Assembly: GCF_000143415.4 (NCBI RefSeq)
Contig: NW_003314343.1
Span: forward strand, 620,813 to 684,812
Direction: 5' to 3'
Origin: Selaginella moellendorffii
Lineage: Eukaryota; Plantae; Lycopodiophyta
Length of the DNA stretch: 64,000 nt
Notes under the pieces: generated by a model
Databases searched by the model: none
What the model saw: only the letters and a program-made list of their open reading frames with translations
Told to the model about the DNA's origin: nothing
Shown here: one piece after another, positions 1-10,374 of the stretch
Layout of the letters: the number at the start of each line of letters is the position of its first letter
Numbering within the stretch: the first letter of the stretch is position 1
Made by a program: the position numbers and the translations under genes

Positions 1-660
1 AATTTTATTTCACTACCACAATCTCCATATTACACTCCTGGTCCTTATTACCCATCTGGGAATGTGGAGACCACTATCACGATTGATAAAAATGCTCCTG
101 TTACTTCTGAAACAACAGTCCAGAGCAAGAGAAATGAAGAAATGAACAGCACAGCGGAAAGCACCAAGAAATCTACTCCATAAAACTTTCCATGACATTT
201 GTAATTTACATATTAATTCATATTAAAAACTCTATTGCTTGCCTATATCGCAATCCTCTCATATGATAAGACCAAGGTATATTTTGCAGTGAATCCTCAT
301 TAAAAGTTTTTGGGAATTGTTTGTAAATAATGATAAAAGAAATCAAAATCTTTCGAAAGACTCAAAAGTAATATCACATCAAAGAATCAACTTTATCTAC
401 ACTTCCAAGACTAAAAGGCAATCTCACATGAGAGAATGGTAGCGTGCCAACGTGCTCTACCACTATAATGTGGTCTATATTTCCTTGCAATTTATTTCCG
501 TAGACATTTGGCATGTGTAGAAAAGAATATATGTGTAGCAAAGTAGGATTCATCATAATGATAGAGCATGTGTATACACGATAATCTAAAATTCTAGAAG
601 CTCTTATGTTTACAAGAAAGCTATGATTATGAAGCCCCATTTCCAAGACTGACATTTAAA

Positions 661-798
661 GAATCTGAGTATTGTCAGTGTCATAATAAATAAACCTCAT
701 TCCCAAGAATCTGAGTAATGTCAGTGTCATAATAAATAAACCTCGTTCCCAAGAATCTGAGTATTGTCAGTGTCATAATAAATAAACCGCATTCCCAA
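661..798. repeat. Tandem repeat, 3 x 46 bp
   Basis: Unit gaatctgagtattgtcagtgtcataataaataaacctcattcccaa at 661, 707 and 753 with 1-2 substitutions each. Confidence 0.95.
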
Positions 799-889
799 GA
801 CTAAAACTTAGTATATAAACTATCTAGAAAAGTTATAGTCATTGTAGGTTTTTTGTTCTCCTTGAGCTCCTTTAGAAGTTTATATTGAA

Positions 890-1435
890 ATGGCTCAAAG
901 GAGACCCATTGCTAATCGTACTTGGCCCCCCAGCCTTTCATATCAATCTCCACCTCCATCCCCAAGTTCTACCAACATTCCACCTTCAACTCTACGTAAC
1001 AATCCTTTTTCTGCTGAGGGCTCTAGTGAAGCTGAATTAGAGCTCCCTATATGTGAAATTCCGGATCTTGCTACTAGAGAGGGATTGCCTTTAGCGCTTC
1101 AAGAACAATGCCACATGTTTTTGCAAGATCTTGCTCCTGACATGGCAGGACTACTTGAAAGCACAGAACACTATTACATTCGGTGTCCAATATGCTACTT
1201 TTTCTTGGACAAGACAAATGGCTCTATGGGTTTACAAATTTTTCTTGAGCACTGTAAGAATTGCCCAACGGCAGGTCTAGAAAATGTGCACATGTGGATG
1301 TACAATAGATTCAAGAATGAGTTACAGACACATACCCACTATCGCTTCATGGTGAGGAACAACATCCCCTTGGGAAACACTACATTGGCTAGTGCAAAAT
1401 ATGGGGTTTTTAGGCCACCCTATAGTGGAATGTAA
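890..1435 (+). CDS. Small Zn-finger protein (CPxC...H...H; zf-XS/SGS3-finger-like), probable transposon accessory gene
   Basis: 181-aa ATG ORF with an upstream TATA-like tatataaa (~813). Motif RCPICY...GLQIFLEHC...VH...FKNELQTH aligns with the paralogous ORF at 10375-10827. Confidence 0.65.
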   Translation: MAQRRPIANRTWPPSLSYQSPPPSPSSTNIPPSTLRNNPFSAEGSSEAELELPICEIPDLATREGLPLALQEQCHMFLQDLAPDMAGLLESTEHYYIRCPICYFFLDKTNGSMGLQIFLEHCKNCPTAGLENVHMWMYNRFKNELQTHTHYRFMVRNNIPLGNTTLASAKYGVFRPPYSGM

Positions 1436-1512
1436 GATCTAGAATTACTTTACTATACTATAGTATTGTCACTATTAAAAGAAAAAATATAATAAAATGA
1501 TATTAGTTGTAG

Positions 1513-1638
1513 GTAACATACCTTGTTCTAGAAGGTGCTATCATATCACATACAATTGTTTACAAAATGTTGAAGGAGGAGATGGCAACACACAAACGCT
1601 ACAAAGTGATGGTGACAGGTGAGAATGATAATCTATAA
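1513..1638 (+). pseudogene. Fragment of a third paralog of the small Zn-finger gene (C-terminal part)
   Basis: Translates VTYLVLEGAIISHTIVYKMLKEEMATHKRYKVMVTGENDNL*, matching HMWMYNRFKNELQTHTHYRFMV (890 ORF) and HEIFFEMVKTEMETHEYY (10375 ORF). Confidence 0.55.
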
Positions 1639-1647
1639 TTATGGTAT

Positions 1648-1729
1648 CTGACACTGACACTGACATCTGACAATTTTACTGACATCTGACAATTTTACTG
1701 ACATCTGACACTTTCACTGACATCTAACA
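1648..1729. repeat. ~19-bp tandem repeat (actgacatctgacaatttt)
   Basis: 3-4 copies directly visible. Confidence 0.85.
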
Positions 1730-1763
1730 TATAACAAGCTTTCCATTTTATGTAAGGATGCAA

Positions 1764-4700
1764 TTAACTTTCTTCTGCCTCATCATCAACATAATGATTT
1801 CTTTTATACTTCCTCCTATAGTGGTATTGTGGGGAAGATTCACCTTGCATATGTTGAGCCATGGCTTCTGCATAGTTAGGGAGACTTTGAAAGCCTCCAA
1901 TTCTAGAAACTCCAGGTGATTGTGATCTATAAAATAGAATGAAATATATATTGAAATTTTAATAAACATAATTTACCTCCTTGAGGTTGAAGGCAACTCA
2001 CGAAATCCTCTGAGCCGGCGTTTGAAGAAATGATGTTCTTCAATAGCAAACACCGACCTACCAGAGTCACGTGCTGCCTCCACCATAGAACCACTACCTG
2101 CTGTGCAATCAATCACAATACCATCTGGTGGGCAATAGAGCTCAAGCAAGACTTGCATTGCTGATGGAGTTTGGAATCGATACCCTAGAAATGTGTTGCA
2201 GATCTGCTCATCCACAAGGTTGGGTATGATGTTAGTGGAACTGTCGTACCCAGGCAAAACACGTGCTGCACGTTCGCTATCACGAAACCCATCATGTGTG
2301 TTTCTGCAGAAGGCATGATAGGTCCACATCATAACCTGGAAAATAAAAATGTTTAGAAATTAGATAAAAATATAAAATACATACTCACCTTTTCAGGCTT
2401 CCCTTGGACGCCCCTCGTATCAACGCCAATAGGATCCATAATGCACCCGGAAGAGAATGACTTGAAATGAACTTCTGCTGCGCACGTCATAAGCTCATAC
2501 ATCCAGTTGGGGTCGTTCGGTAGGATGAAGACGACATGGCCAGCTTCGAGCATAAGTACTTCGGACAATAGGAATGCATTGCGCAAGTGGTCAGGTGTGA
2601 GAAAGTTCCAATCCTCAACTTTCCCATCGATATCTGAAAGACCATCTGGAAAGTCGAAGAGAATGAAGTCCGCAACTGGGAGCACGGGCCTTTGTATCTT
2701 TCGGCACCAACGGTTGAACTGGCGGCGTATATCCATGTTGATGTCGTCTTCCGTGAAAGATGTCAATAATCTACTGTAAGAGCCAATGAAGATACCCACA
2801 ATGCCTCGTTGTGTTATTGGGGACACATGACGGACCTATAAAAGAGCTAAGTGAATGAAAAAAGTAATAAATAGTATGATACCGTCATATGGCGTGTTGT
2901 CGATGAGAGTTCCTCCAACTCCTCTTCACGAGCATCTCGTCGAGCTGGAATGAAATTACTGCTAACAGTCATTGCTGCAAAAAATATGTATTACCACCTT
3001 TAGTTTGTAAAATTCACTTTTGCTTACCTCGAGGTTGACGTGATATTCTGTGAACCACTTGATCATCGTTATTTACTGGTAAAACCTGATCTGGATCTTG
3101 GTTGTTTGATGGTTGAATTGGAGCCTGTTCCTGACTGTCTGGTGGTGGAACATGAACTTGATCTGGAGCTTCCTCATCCTCGTCTCCATCGTCACTTGCA
3201 TTGCCATCGTTGCTAGCATTGATAATTTCCTCGCGATCTAGTGTAGAGGTCTCCTTCCCTAGGAGCTCCAACTCCCAAGGGCATTCTATCTTCCATGCCT
3301 TTGGAACTTTCGCAAACATTGTTGGATACATTCCTCCATCTCTTACACCCTTTGCAACAAGTCGAGTGCAAACTGGTGCCTCAAATGGCATGCCTCTATA
3401 TCGAAGATGCCTGTAAACAATATATTTAAAAAAACAGTCTTAGAAATCATATTATACCTATAAGCTGCACGTCGCATGAAATAAGGTTGACCATGTTGGC
3501 AATCATAAGTTGTTGTGCTTGTAGACTTTTCTGGCAGCCACCCCTCTTCGATCCCTTCCAATGACGTGTTGATGTAGGTGTCGAAAGACATGAATGTGCC
3601 ATCTGGATCGTCACCAATGTGTGGTGCCAAGAACTTCTCACCTTCACTTATAGTTTGCGTGATGTAGACAGCCCTTCTCATCATGTTCTCAAATAGTTCT
3701 GGCAGTCCTTTCTCTCTGTTCATCAAGCAGACATTGAGGAACTCCAGAGTCTCTATCTGTTGCTTATATGGAAGCTTCGATTTTGCGATATTGTAAATCA
3801 TATCATCTGGAGTTTTGTTCACTGCAAAAGTAACATATGCATAATTAAGAAAAATGAAGTGTGATAAAAAACTTACATTCATGAGAAGAAATTTCGGCTA
3901 TAGTCTCTAGCCACTCCTTCGGCCTGCGATTGTCTGCAATGCAAACTAGTTTCTTCAACTTTGAGGACTTTGCATGCTGAATTTTGTGCTCAATTTGTAC
4001 AAACTCAGCTGAGAGCTCTTCCCGACTCTTCTCCGGATATGCAAGTTCGTAAGCATCCTGCTTGACCTTCACCAAAGGCTAAAAACCAAAACAATTAAAA
4101 GAGGCTTTTATAAAATAAAAGGGAAAGACATACCTTACACCACACAGCGAGCATAAAACTGATTGGGTTGTTGAACCAAGTTGTACCGTCATTTCGAGTG
4201 CGTGAGTGCCGAACAAGTGTTGCGAGATCATCACCATAATGTTGGCGGATGTCATCCTCACTCAAGTCTGCCAAAAATCGAAGTTGCTCGATGTCATGGA
4301 CAAGATTTTGTTTTTGAACAGCGAACTGCCCAAGCCTACATTTAAACACAACAAAACAAGTTAAAGTGGAGTTAGAGGTAAAATTATAAAACTTACGCAT
4401 TGATCTTTTGGCAGGCCAAGATAAGTCTGTTGACATCCAAAAGTCCCCTCGCGTAGACATGGCCGACTGGAACGTTGATATGGTAGACAGGATCATCGCG
4501 AAAATGATCGTCGATACACTTCATCCAAGCTCCATATCGGTGGTTACCGTCAATAATTTGGAACATTGTCCCCGCAAGCTATCGAGTCTCAGGATGTCTG
4601 ATAAGCATGTCATCAAATTCTAGGGACTTCCTCCTCCAAATAGGATCCCAGCTATTCACAATCTCAGGTGTGACAGTAATAATCTCCGTTGTTCCTGGCT

Positions 4701-5790
4701 TGCAAAAAGAGACTAGAAACATACCGATATTTGTTGCAAGGCCATTCTGTTTGAACAAGCTGTATATATCCGGGTTGACATACTTGGATGCTGTGCGGAC
4801 AAGGTTCGTCTGCTGCAAACGGCAAAGGGGGATTTCTCTGATCAAGTCACAAGGGCCTGGCCACTTGAGCGCCTCAAGTGTTTGGTGAACTGCTTTTTCC
4901 CTTGTCCGCATAACAGTCTCTTGGAAGCGCTTGTCCACCACGTTGTCAGGAAGGTCTGCAACTCTTTCAGCTCCAGGTTGTTCCTCAGGTTCCCTATCGT
5001 GAACACCACTAGATTGCCCAACTTCAGGGATTTGCGTTGGTGGTGGTGGCGGGGGCAAAGGCAATAGTGGCAGTGGTGGTGGCAATGGTGGTGGTGGCGG
5101 TGGCGGCGGGGGCGGAGGCAATAGTGGTAGTGGTGGTGGCAATGGTGGTGGTGGCGGTGGCGATGGAGGTGGTGGAGGTGGTGATGGAGGTGATGGTGGT
5201 GGAGGTGGTGAATCTCTATCTAAATGTGTCTCTGTTGTGCCAATGGACATGTCGATTGTGATGTCGTCGTCAGTGCCAAATTGAACTTCTCGTGTCTTCT
5301 TGGCTCCAACAACCTTTTTCTGTGTTACAATTTTCCTTTTCTGCAAGAGAAAAAGTTTTGTTAGTCAAACTAAATAAAGATAATGAGAAATTCAAACAGT
5401 CAAAGAGAAAAAAAAAATCAAGTGGGCCTAGACTCCACCTCGGGCACTTTGGCTGCCCAGGGGGCCGAGGNNNNNNNNNNNNNNNNNNNNNNNNNNNNNN
5501 NNNNNNNNNNNNNNNNNNNNNNNNNNNNNNNNNNNNNNNNNNNNNNNNNNNNNNNNNNNNNNNNNNNNNNCCTCGGCCAGCAAAGAAGCAATCAGAGCTC
5601 GACCTCGGGCACTTTTGCTCGCCGGGGGGCCGAGGTTATTAGAATAACCTCGCCCCCTCGGGCAACCAAAAATGCCCGAGGTGGCCGCCCGGAGCTCGAC
5701 CTCGGCCAGCAAAGAAGCAATCAAGAAAAAAAAGGGAAGAAATGGAATGGAAGTGGAAGCAATCAAATCGAAACTCACCTTTGGCGGCAT
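1764..5790 (-). CDS. ParB/Srx-like domain + beta-class N4-cytosine/N6-adenine DNA methyltransferase fusion (10 exons, ~1055 aa; one in-frame TAG at 4581-4579, so probably a disabled copy)
   Basis: Exons 5790-5779, 5340-4397, 4335-4134, 4078-3877, 3821-3458, 3410-3028, 2974-2883, 2835-2389, 2335-1977, 1926-1764. All introns are GT-AG, phases are consistent, total 3168 nt. N-terminus MPPKKRK (NLS), poly-Pro tract, FQIIDGNHRYGAW (ParB/Srx motif, 4551-4537), ADFILFDFPDG (motif IV position, 2655-2644), then IVIDCTAGSGSMVEAARDSGRSVFAIE (SAM-binding motifs I-II, from 2110). Confidence 0.85.
5471..5570. other. Assembly gap (100 N) inside intron 1 of the MTase gene
   Basis: N run flanked by GC-rich cctcgg/ccgagg repeats. 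Confidence 0.99.
5602..5682. repeat. GC-rich imperfect palindrome (hairpin), ~40-bp arms
   Basis: acctcgggcacttttgctcgccggggggccgaggttatt-ag-aataacctcgccccctcgggcaaccaaaaatgcccgaggt; the inner 10 bp of each arm pair perfectly. Confidence 0.85.
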
Positions 5791-5829
5791 CTTTCCTCCC
5801 TCGATTTCTTGATCGTGCTAGATTTCTTG

Positions 5830-6125
5830 TGCGCTCAATCTCTCCTTCTCGTGCGCTCAATCTCTCCTGCTTGCGCGCTCAATCTCTCCCGCTCGCGCGC
5901 TCAATCTCTCGATCTCTTACGCGCTCAATCTCTCGATCTCTTGCACGCTCAATCTCTCGATCTCTTGCACGCTCAATCGCTCGATCTCCTTCGCGCTCAA
6001 TCCCTCGATCTCCTTCGCGCTCAATCTCTCGATCTCTCGCGCGCTCCACTCACGATGCGAACAGTAACCTAATCTTGGCGGCTACCCTAACCCTAATCCT
6101 GACGGCTGCCCTAACCCTAACCTAT
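5830..6125. repeat. ~21-bp tandem repeat (gcgctcaatctctcgatctct) followed by CCCTAA telo-box-like units, upstream of the MTase ATG
   Basis: About 10 degenerate copies at 5830-6046; ccctaaccctaa at ~6085 and ~6109. Confidence 0.85.
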
Positions 6126-6944
6126 CTCTCATCCTGGCCGTTCATTCCGAATAACCTAAATCTCAACCATCACAATATCTTTGATCTTATTTTATCTTAT
6201 CATTATTATTATATGTAAATTATGCTTCTTTATTTTGTATATTTTAATGATGGTATAACTAGCACCTATCAACATTTCTGTTATTAGAGATATGATATTA
6301 TATTTTACAAATTATCTAGAAAGGATGCATTCTCATCACTATTTTGTACATATTTTGGAATCTTTACAAGAACTTCAAAGAGTATAAATAAGGCACGTTA
6401 AAATATGTTGTACTATATCCATCTATGAATGGATGAATCCGCATCCAGAAATTTATTTTGTACTGTATTAGATCCTAAACAATAGGCATGTGCTTTAAAT
6501 GTCATTGAGCAGTGTTCACAATTATGGATAAAACTTGAGTTGTACTACGAATCAAATCTGTTATTGAAGAATAAGATTTGACAAGATTTATTATCATCTA
6601 CCACTTAAAATTTGACAACTTGACATATCACACGTGCTGATAGTTAGATTGGATCTCTTGGTTTAACACGTTATAGCAGAATGTCATTACTGGTATCATT
6701 ATTAACTATCAAACTTCACGTGCTGAAAATCTTTCCTTGGATCTATGTGTATACATGCATCAGACATCATAATAGATGACAGTAATATTAATACTGTCAC
6801 ACTTACACATGTTAAATTTGCTATAGAATTTAAATTCATTTTGTACGTTGTCTTCTTATTACTCTATTTAAATTTCAATTATGTTTCACTATAGATTTTT
6901 ACAAGTAGCATAAAGAGAGAGAACTCCAAAACCTATTGAGAAGG

Positions 6945-9900
6945 ATGGAGAGGTTTCTTCTTCATTTTCGAGATCACCCACCTCTTTCATTCTCTCAGAG
7001 TATTGTTTCTGAAAGTTTTTTATGTCGGCGTTTTGATCTTCGTCTTGGCTCTATTTCTTTAGAGGCTGTGATCCGCAACGACACCGGTATAGTTGCATAC
7101 TCGGAGTTTCTTCTTTCTGGTGTGGGCGAGGGTGGACAACAATGGGATTTACAAAATTCCAAGTCGAAGGAGATTTGAGTGTTTGGATCTCCAGTCAAAA
7201 TGCCAAAATGCGCTCCAGCGAAAGTGAATGTGAAGCAAGAGTCAGTCGTTATCCTCTCGTCCTCTTCTAGTTCAAGTGAAGATGTCATGCTAGTGTCGGC
7301 GCCAAATTCACCAGCTCCAGCTCCAACTTCAGCAATATTCAAAGCCGTTAGCAATGCTTTCCAGTTTTCACGCCTCTCAATCGACGTGCACTTGTTTTTG
7401 TATAGGCTTGTGAGTGAGCTTCCATCCTCCTACAACGGCAACATTTTCTTCGAGCTACCACCTCTTGTCAGCAGCACAGGTTCCAAACGGAAGGGGATGG
7501 AAACTAAGCAGGATGTCCACAATTGGTGCAAGATCAAGACCACACACTTCCAACATTTTGAAGGCACAGTGTCTATAGTTCATTGTGGCGGGCATTTAGA
7601 TTGTGTGGATGAAGCATGCAATCGAGACCGCTCTAGAAACTCTATATTTTTCGAAGGGTCTGCAGTCAATCCTCCAGCATGTGACACCATTGCTGTTGGA
7701 TTCAAATGTCGATTCTGCAAAAATGCTCCTCTATGTCGTGCTATCTGCGAGGCCAAGATGTACTACTTTCTTCCACGGGATGGAGTGGCTGGAAGAGCTG
7801 CAGTGCATGTTGGCACACATATGCATCCAATGCAGGAAGGGATACAAAGGAGTTCTCTCAACCGTTTCAAAGATGCTGTACAGGAAGAGACTATGAGAAA
7901 CTCATCTGCAACTCCGAAGCATATTCAGAAGACCGTCCTCAAGGATTTTATCGCAAATACCTTACTCAATCCAGGTTGCCAAAAGACTCAACTAAACGAG
8001 GCTAGCTTGCGGGACTTACTACGAGGAGTACAACCTGCTACTAGCCTAAGGAGGTACATCCATTATTTTTCATACGTTATAATAATAATTTTTTCTTACA
8101 TTATATTGTTTAGGATAAAATCTTGGATATGTGAATCTCGAGAGGGGAAGTTGCAATCAAAAATTGACTCCATCCTTGAATTGAAACGGACATGTCCATA
8201 CGAGTTCATCCACGGAAGTTTGTTTCCAGACCAAGTTGTGAATGAGCAAGAGCGCCCCTTCGTCTTCAAAATGTCTACCATGGGCCCTGCCTCTGGTGTA
8301 GATCTTGTCTCCCGAATGGACATGTTTGGGTCCAGTGACCTTGCAAATGCATGGGTACATTTTGACCATATGGAGCGTGTATCCGGTTGGACAACCATGG
8401 GAGCTCATGTGTATGATCCAAGGTAATTTTTATTCTCATTATATTGAAATTGTTATAATATTTATGTTTTCATAGGCTACGTTGTAACTTAACAATTGCG
8501 ACAGCAGAGTTTAAAGTACAAGACCAGACAGCACAGGAAATATTTTGGAAGTCCCTCTCTGATATTGTCCTAAAGTGGACTGGTAAGCCTGCAAACTTTC
8601 GTGGTTTCATGGCAGATGGGGCTGGTGCAAACTGGAATGGTATTCGAGTAGTTTTTGGGAATGGTCAACCATTGGAAGGTCGTGAGAGGACTTGTGAGTT
8701 CCATTGGGCTCAAAGCCTAAACCAGCACTGCCACCTTATCAAGCCAGAGTTTCAATCAATATTTAAGGAGTTGTGCAAACAATGGCAGGTTGCACCTTCT
8801 GAAGAAGAGCATGAGGCAAAAGCAAACGAGATCCGAATGTGGTGGCGTGAAGATGGCCATACAGACGTAAGTTGCCTACCACAACTTGAGTCATGGTTAG
8901 GATGGTGGGAAGTTAGGATGTTCCAATGGGGACATCACTCTTTTCAGGTTGGTTTATATTTTTTCTTCTCCTTTTATTACCTTTTAATATTGCCTTTTCC
9001 ATTAGAATCAACCACTTGAGGACCTCGCATACACCCCAATTGTGAATCTCTCCGAAAGTAAGCATTGGAGTTGGCGTTCCTCTGAGGCAGGGAAAGGGAA
9101 GATGAGTCTATACGAAGCCTGTCTATCAAATTTGATACGTGCTATAGAGCAATCTTCAAAAGCACTGGCATTTGAGGAAGGAAGATACATGGGAACAGGG
9201 CCTTCTATTGAGATGTTACATGATAGGATGAAGAGAAAATTAACTCCACCCGCCCGAACAGTGGCAACTGCAATTGAGGAAGTGGTCTGTGGCACATCTA
9301 TGGAGTACACTCCCCGAGCTTCTATTGGTGATATGAAGACTGTCCGCTCAAAGCGTCGTTTTTCCTTTGCTGGGGAAGATGTTGGTACGGACCTTGGAGC
9401 AAAAAGCTCCCACAGGCCTGATGTCGAGTACCATTCTGCTCCAAGACACCGCTCTCGGACTGAGCCACCTCAAGTGGCTGATGAAGAGAGTGCATTGCAA
9501 CAGGTTGAAATTGCTTACCGTAACGTGGAGCCGAAGCAATGGGCAATCCGACGTGTGCCAGCAAAATCAAATGTAAGGTGTGTGGGGATGCTTCCGAGGG
9601 GCAAGTGTTGGGCCTGGATTCGTGGTGAAAAATCTGCTTCTGTTCCAGCCCCATGTTTCTATGGGGAACGAAAGCAAGCAGGATTTTCAAGATGGTGCTG
9701 GCTATATTGTTGCAACACTGACGCCAACCATACGAAGCGGCTTGAAAACACTATAGTGACTAAACCTGATGCAGTACCTAAAGAATGGCCAGTTGTTAAT
9801 GGGGTCGCGCTCACCTCGGATGAGATTGAAAACCTTGAGAAATCTGGTTTTAATCTTGAGAGGAGAGTTGGAGACATGAGTGACAGGAGTAGGACTATTC

Positions 9901-10283
9901 CTACAGAGATGCACAGGAGGCCAGCATGAAAAGGTAAAGCAGTTAAATTTATTGGTACCGTCTCCAAGCAAAAGCAAGGTATAATAAACTTGGCTCAAAC
10001 ACTTGAGTGTGAGATTCTCTCTACGAAGTACATCACTGCGCTTGCAAAGGAGTACATAGTCAAAACAGAAGGTGGAGAGTACACAATTGCCATTCACGAC
10101 TTTCCTTCTTGCACATGTCTAGACTTTACGAAGCGCGAGGAACATGGGAAGGCATATGCTCCTTGCAAGCATATGTACTACATCTTCATCAACATCTTGC
10201 ACCAGGATCCTAAAGTGGATATTCATATACACCAAGCAAGCCTTACTATTGCTGAGTTGCAGAAAACTTTTGGAGCTAATTAG
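6945..10283 (+). CDS. Mutator/MULE-superfamily DDE transposase with N-terminal WRKY/GCM-like Zn region and C-terminal SWIM finger (4 exons; in-frame TGA at 7176-7178 and 9927-9929)
   Basis: Exons 6945-8053, 8114-8422, 8476-8947, 9006-10283, all GT-AG and in phase. CGGHLDC..C...CRFC...C...HVGTHMH; D1 in VHFDHM, D2 in FMADGA, CxxH as CEFHW, E in NLSESKH; SWIM CTC...PCKH. Confidence 0.85.
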
Positions 10284-10374
10284 ATTTCTCCAACACTATC
10301 GATGTTTATTCTCTATCAATAAAACTTATTATACTTTATATAATTAATACAAATGTGCTTTTTCATTTCACTTT

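Noticed and set aside
13-655. Two short minus-strand ATG ORFs (13-198, 374-655) as further element cargo genes
   Set aside because: No motif, homology or splice evidence; cannot be distinguished from chance ORFs
661-798. CRISPR-like array
   Set aside because: Units are contiguous with no unique spacers, and the context is eukaryotic with no cas genes
5631-5652. CRESS/geminivirus-type replication origin stem-loop
   Set aside because: No TAATATTAC-like nonanucleotide and no Rep gene
1764-5790. Bacterial or phage contamination as the source of the MTase
   Set aside because: Nine spliceosomal introns, an NLS and contiguity with plant genes
6085-6125. Telomere or interstitial telomeric array
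   Set aside because: Only 2-3 CCCTAA units; typical of promoter telo-box-like motifs
5037-6218. Plus-strand ORFs rich in Val or RS/AQSLDLL repeats
   Set aside because: Antisense of the poly-Pro tract and translations of the 21-bp tandem repeat or the N gap
1764-10283. MTase and transposase models both total 3168 nt
   Set aside because: No mechanism; the transposase start is uncertain; treated as coincidence
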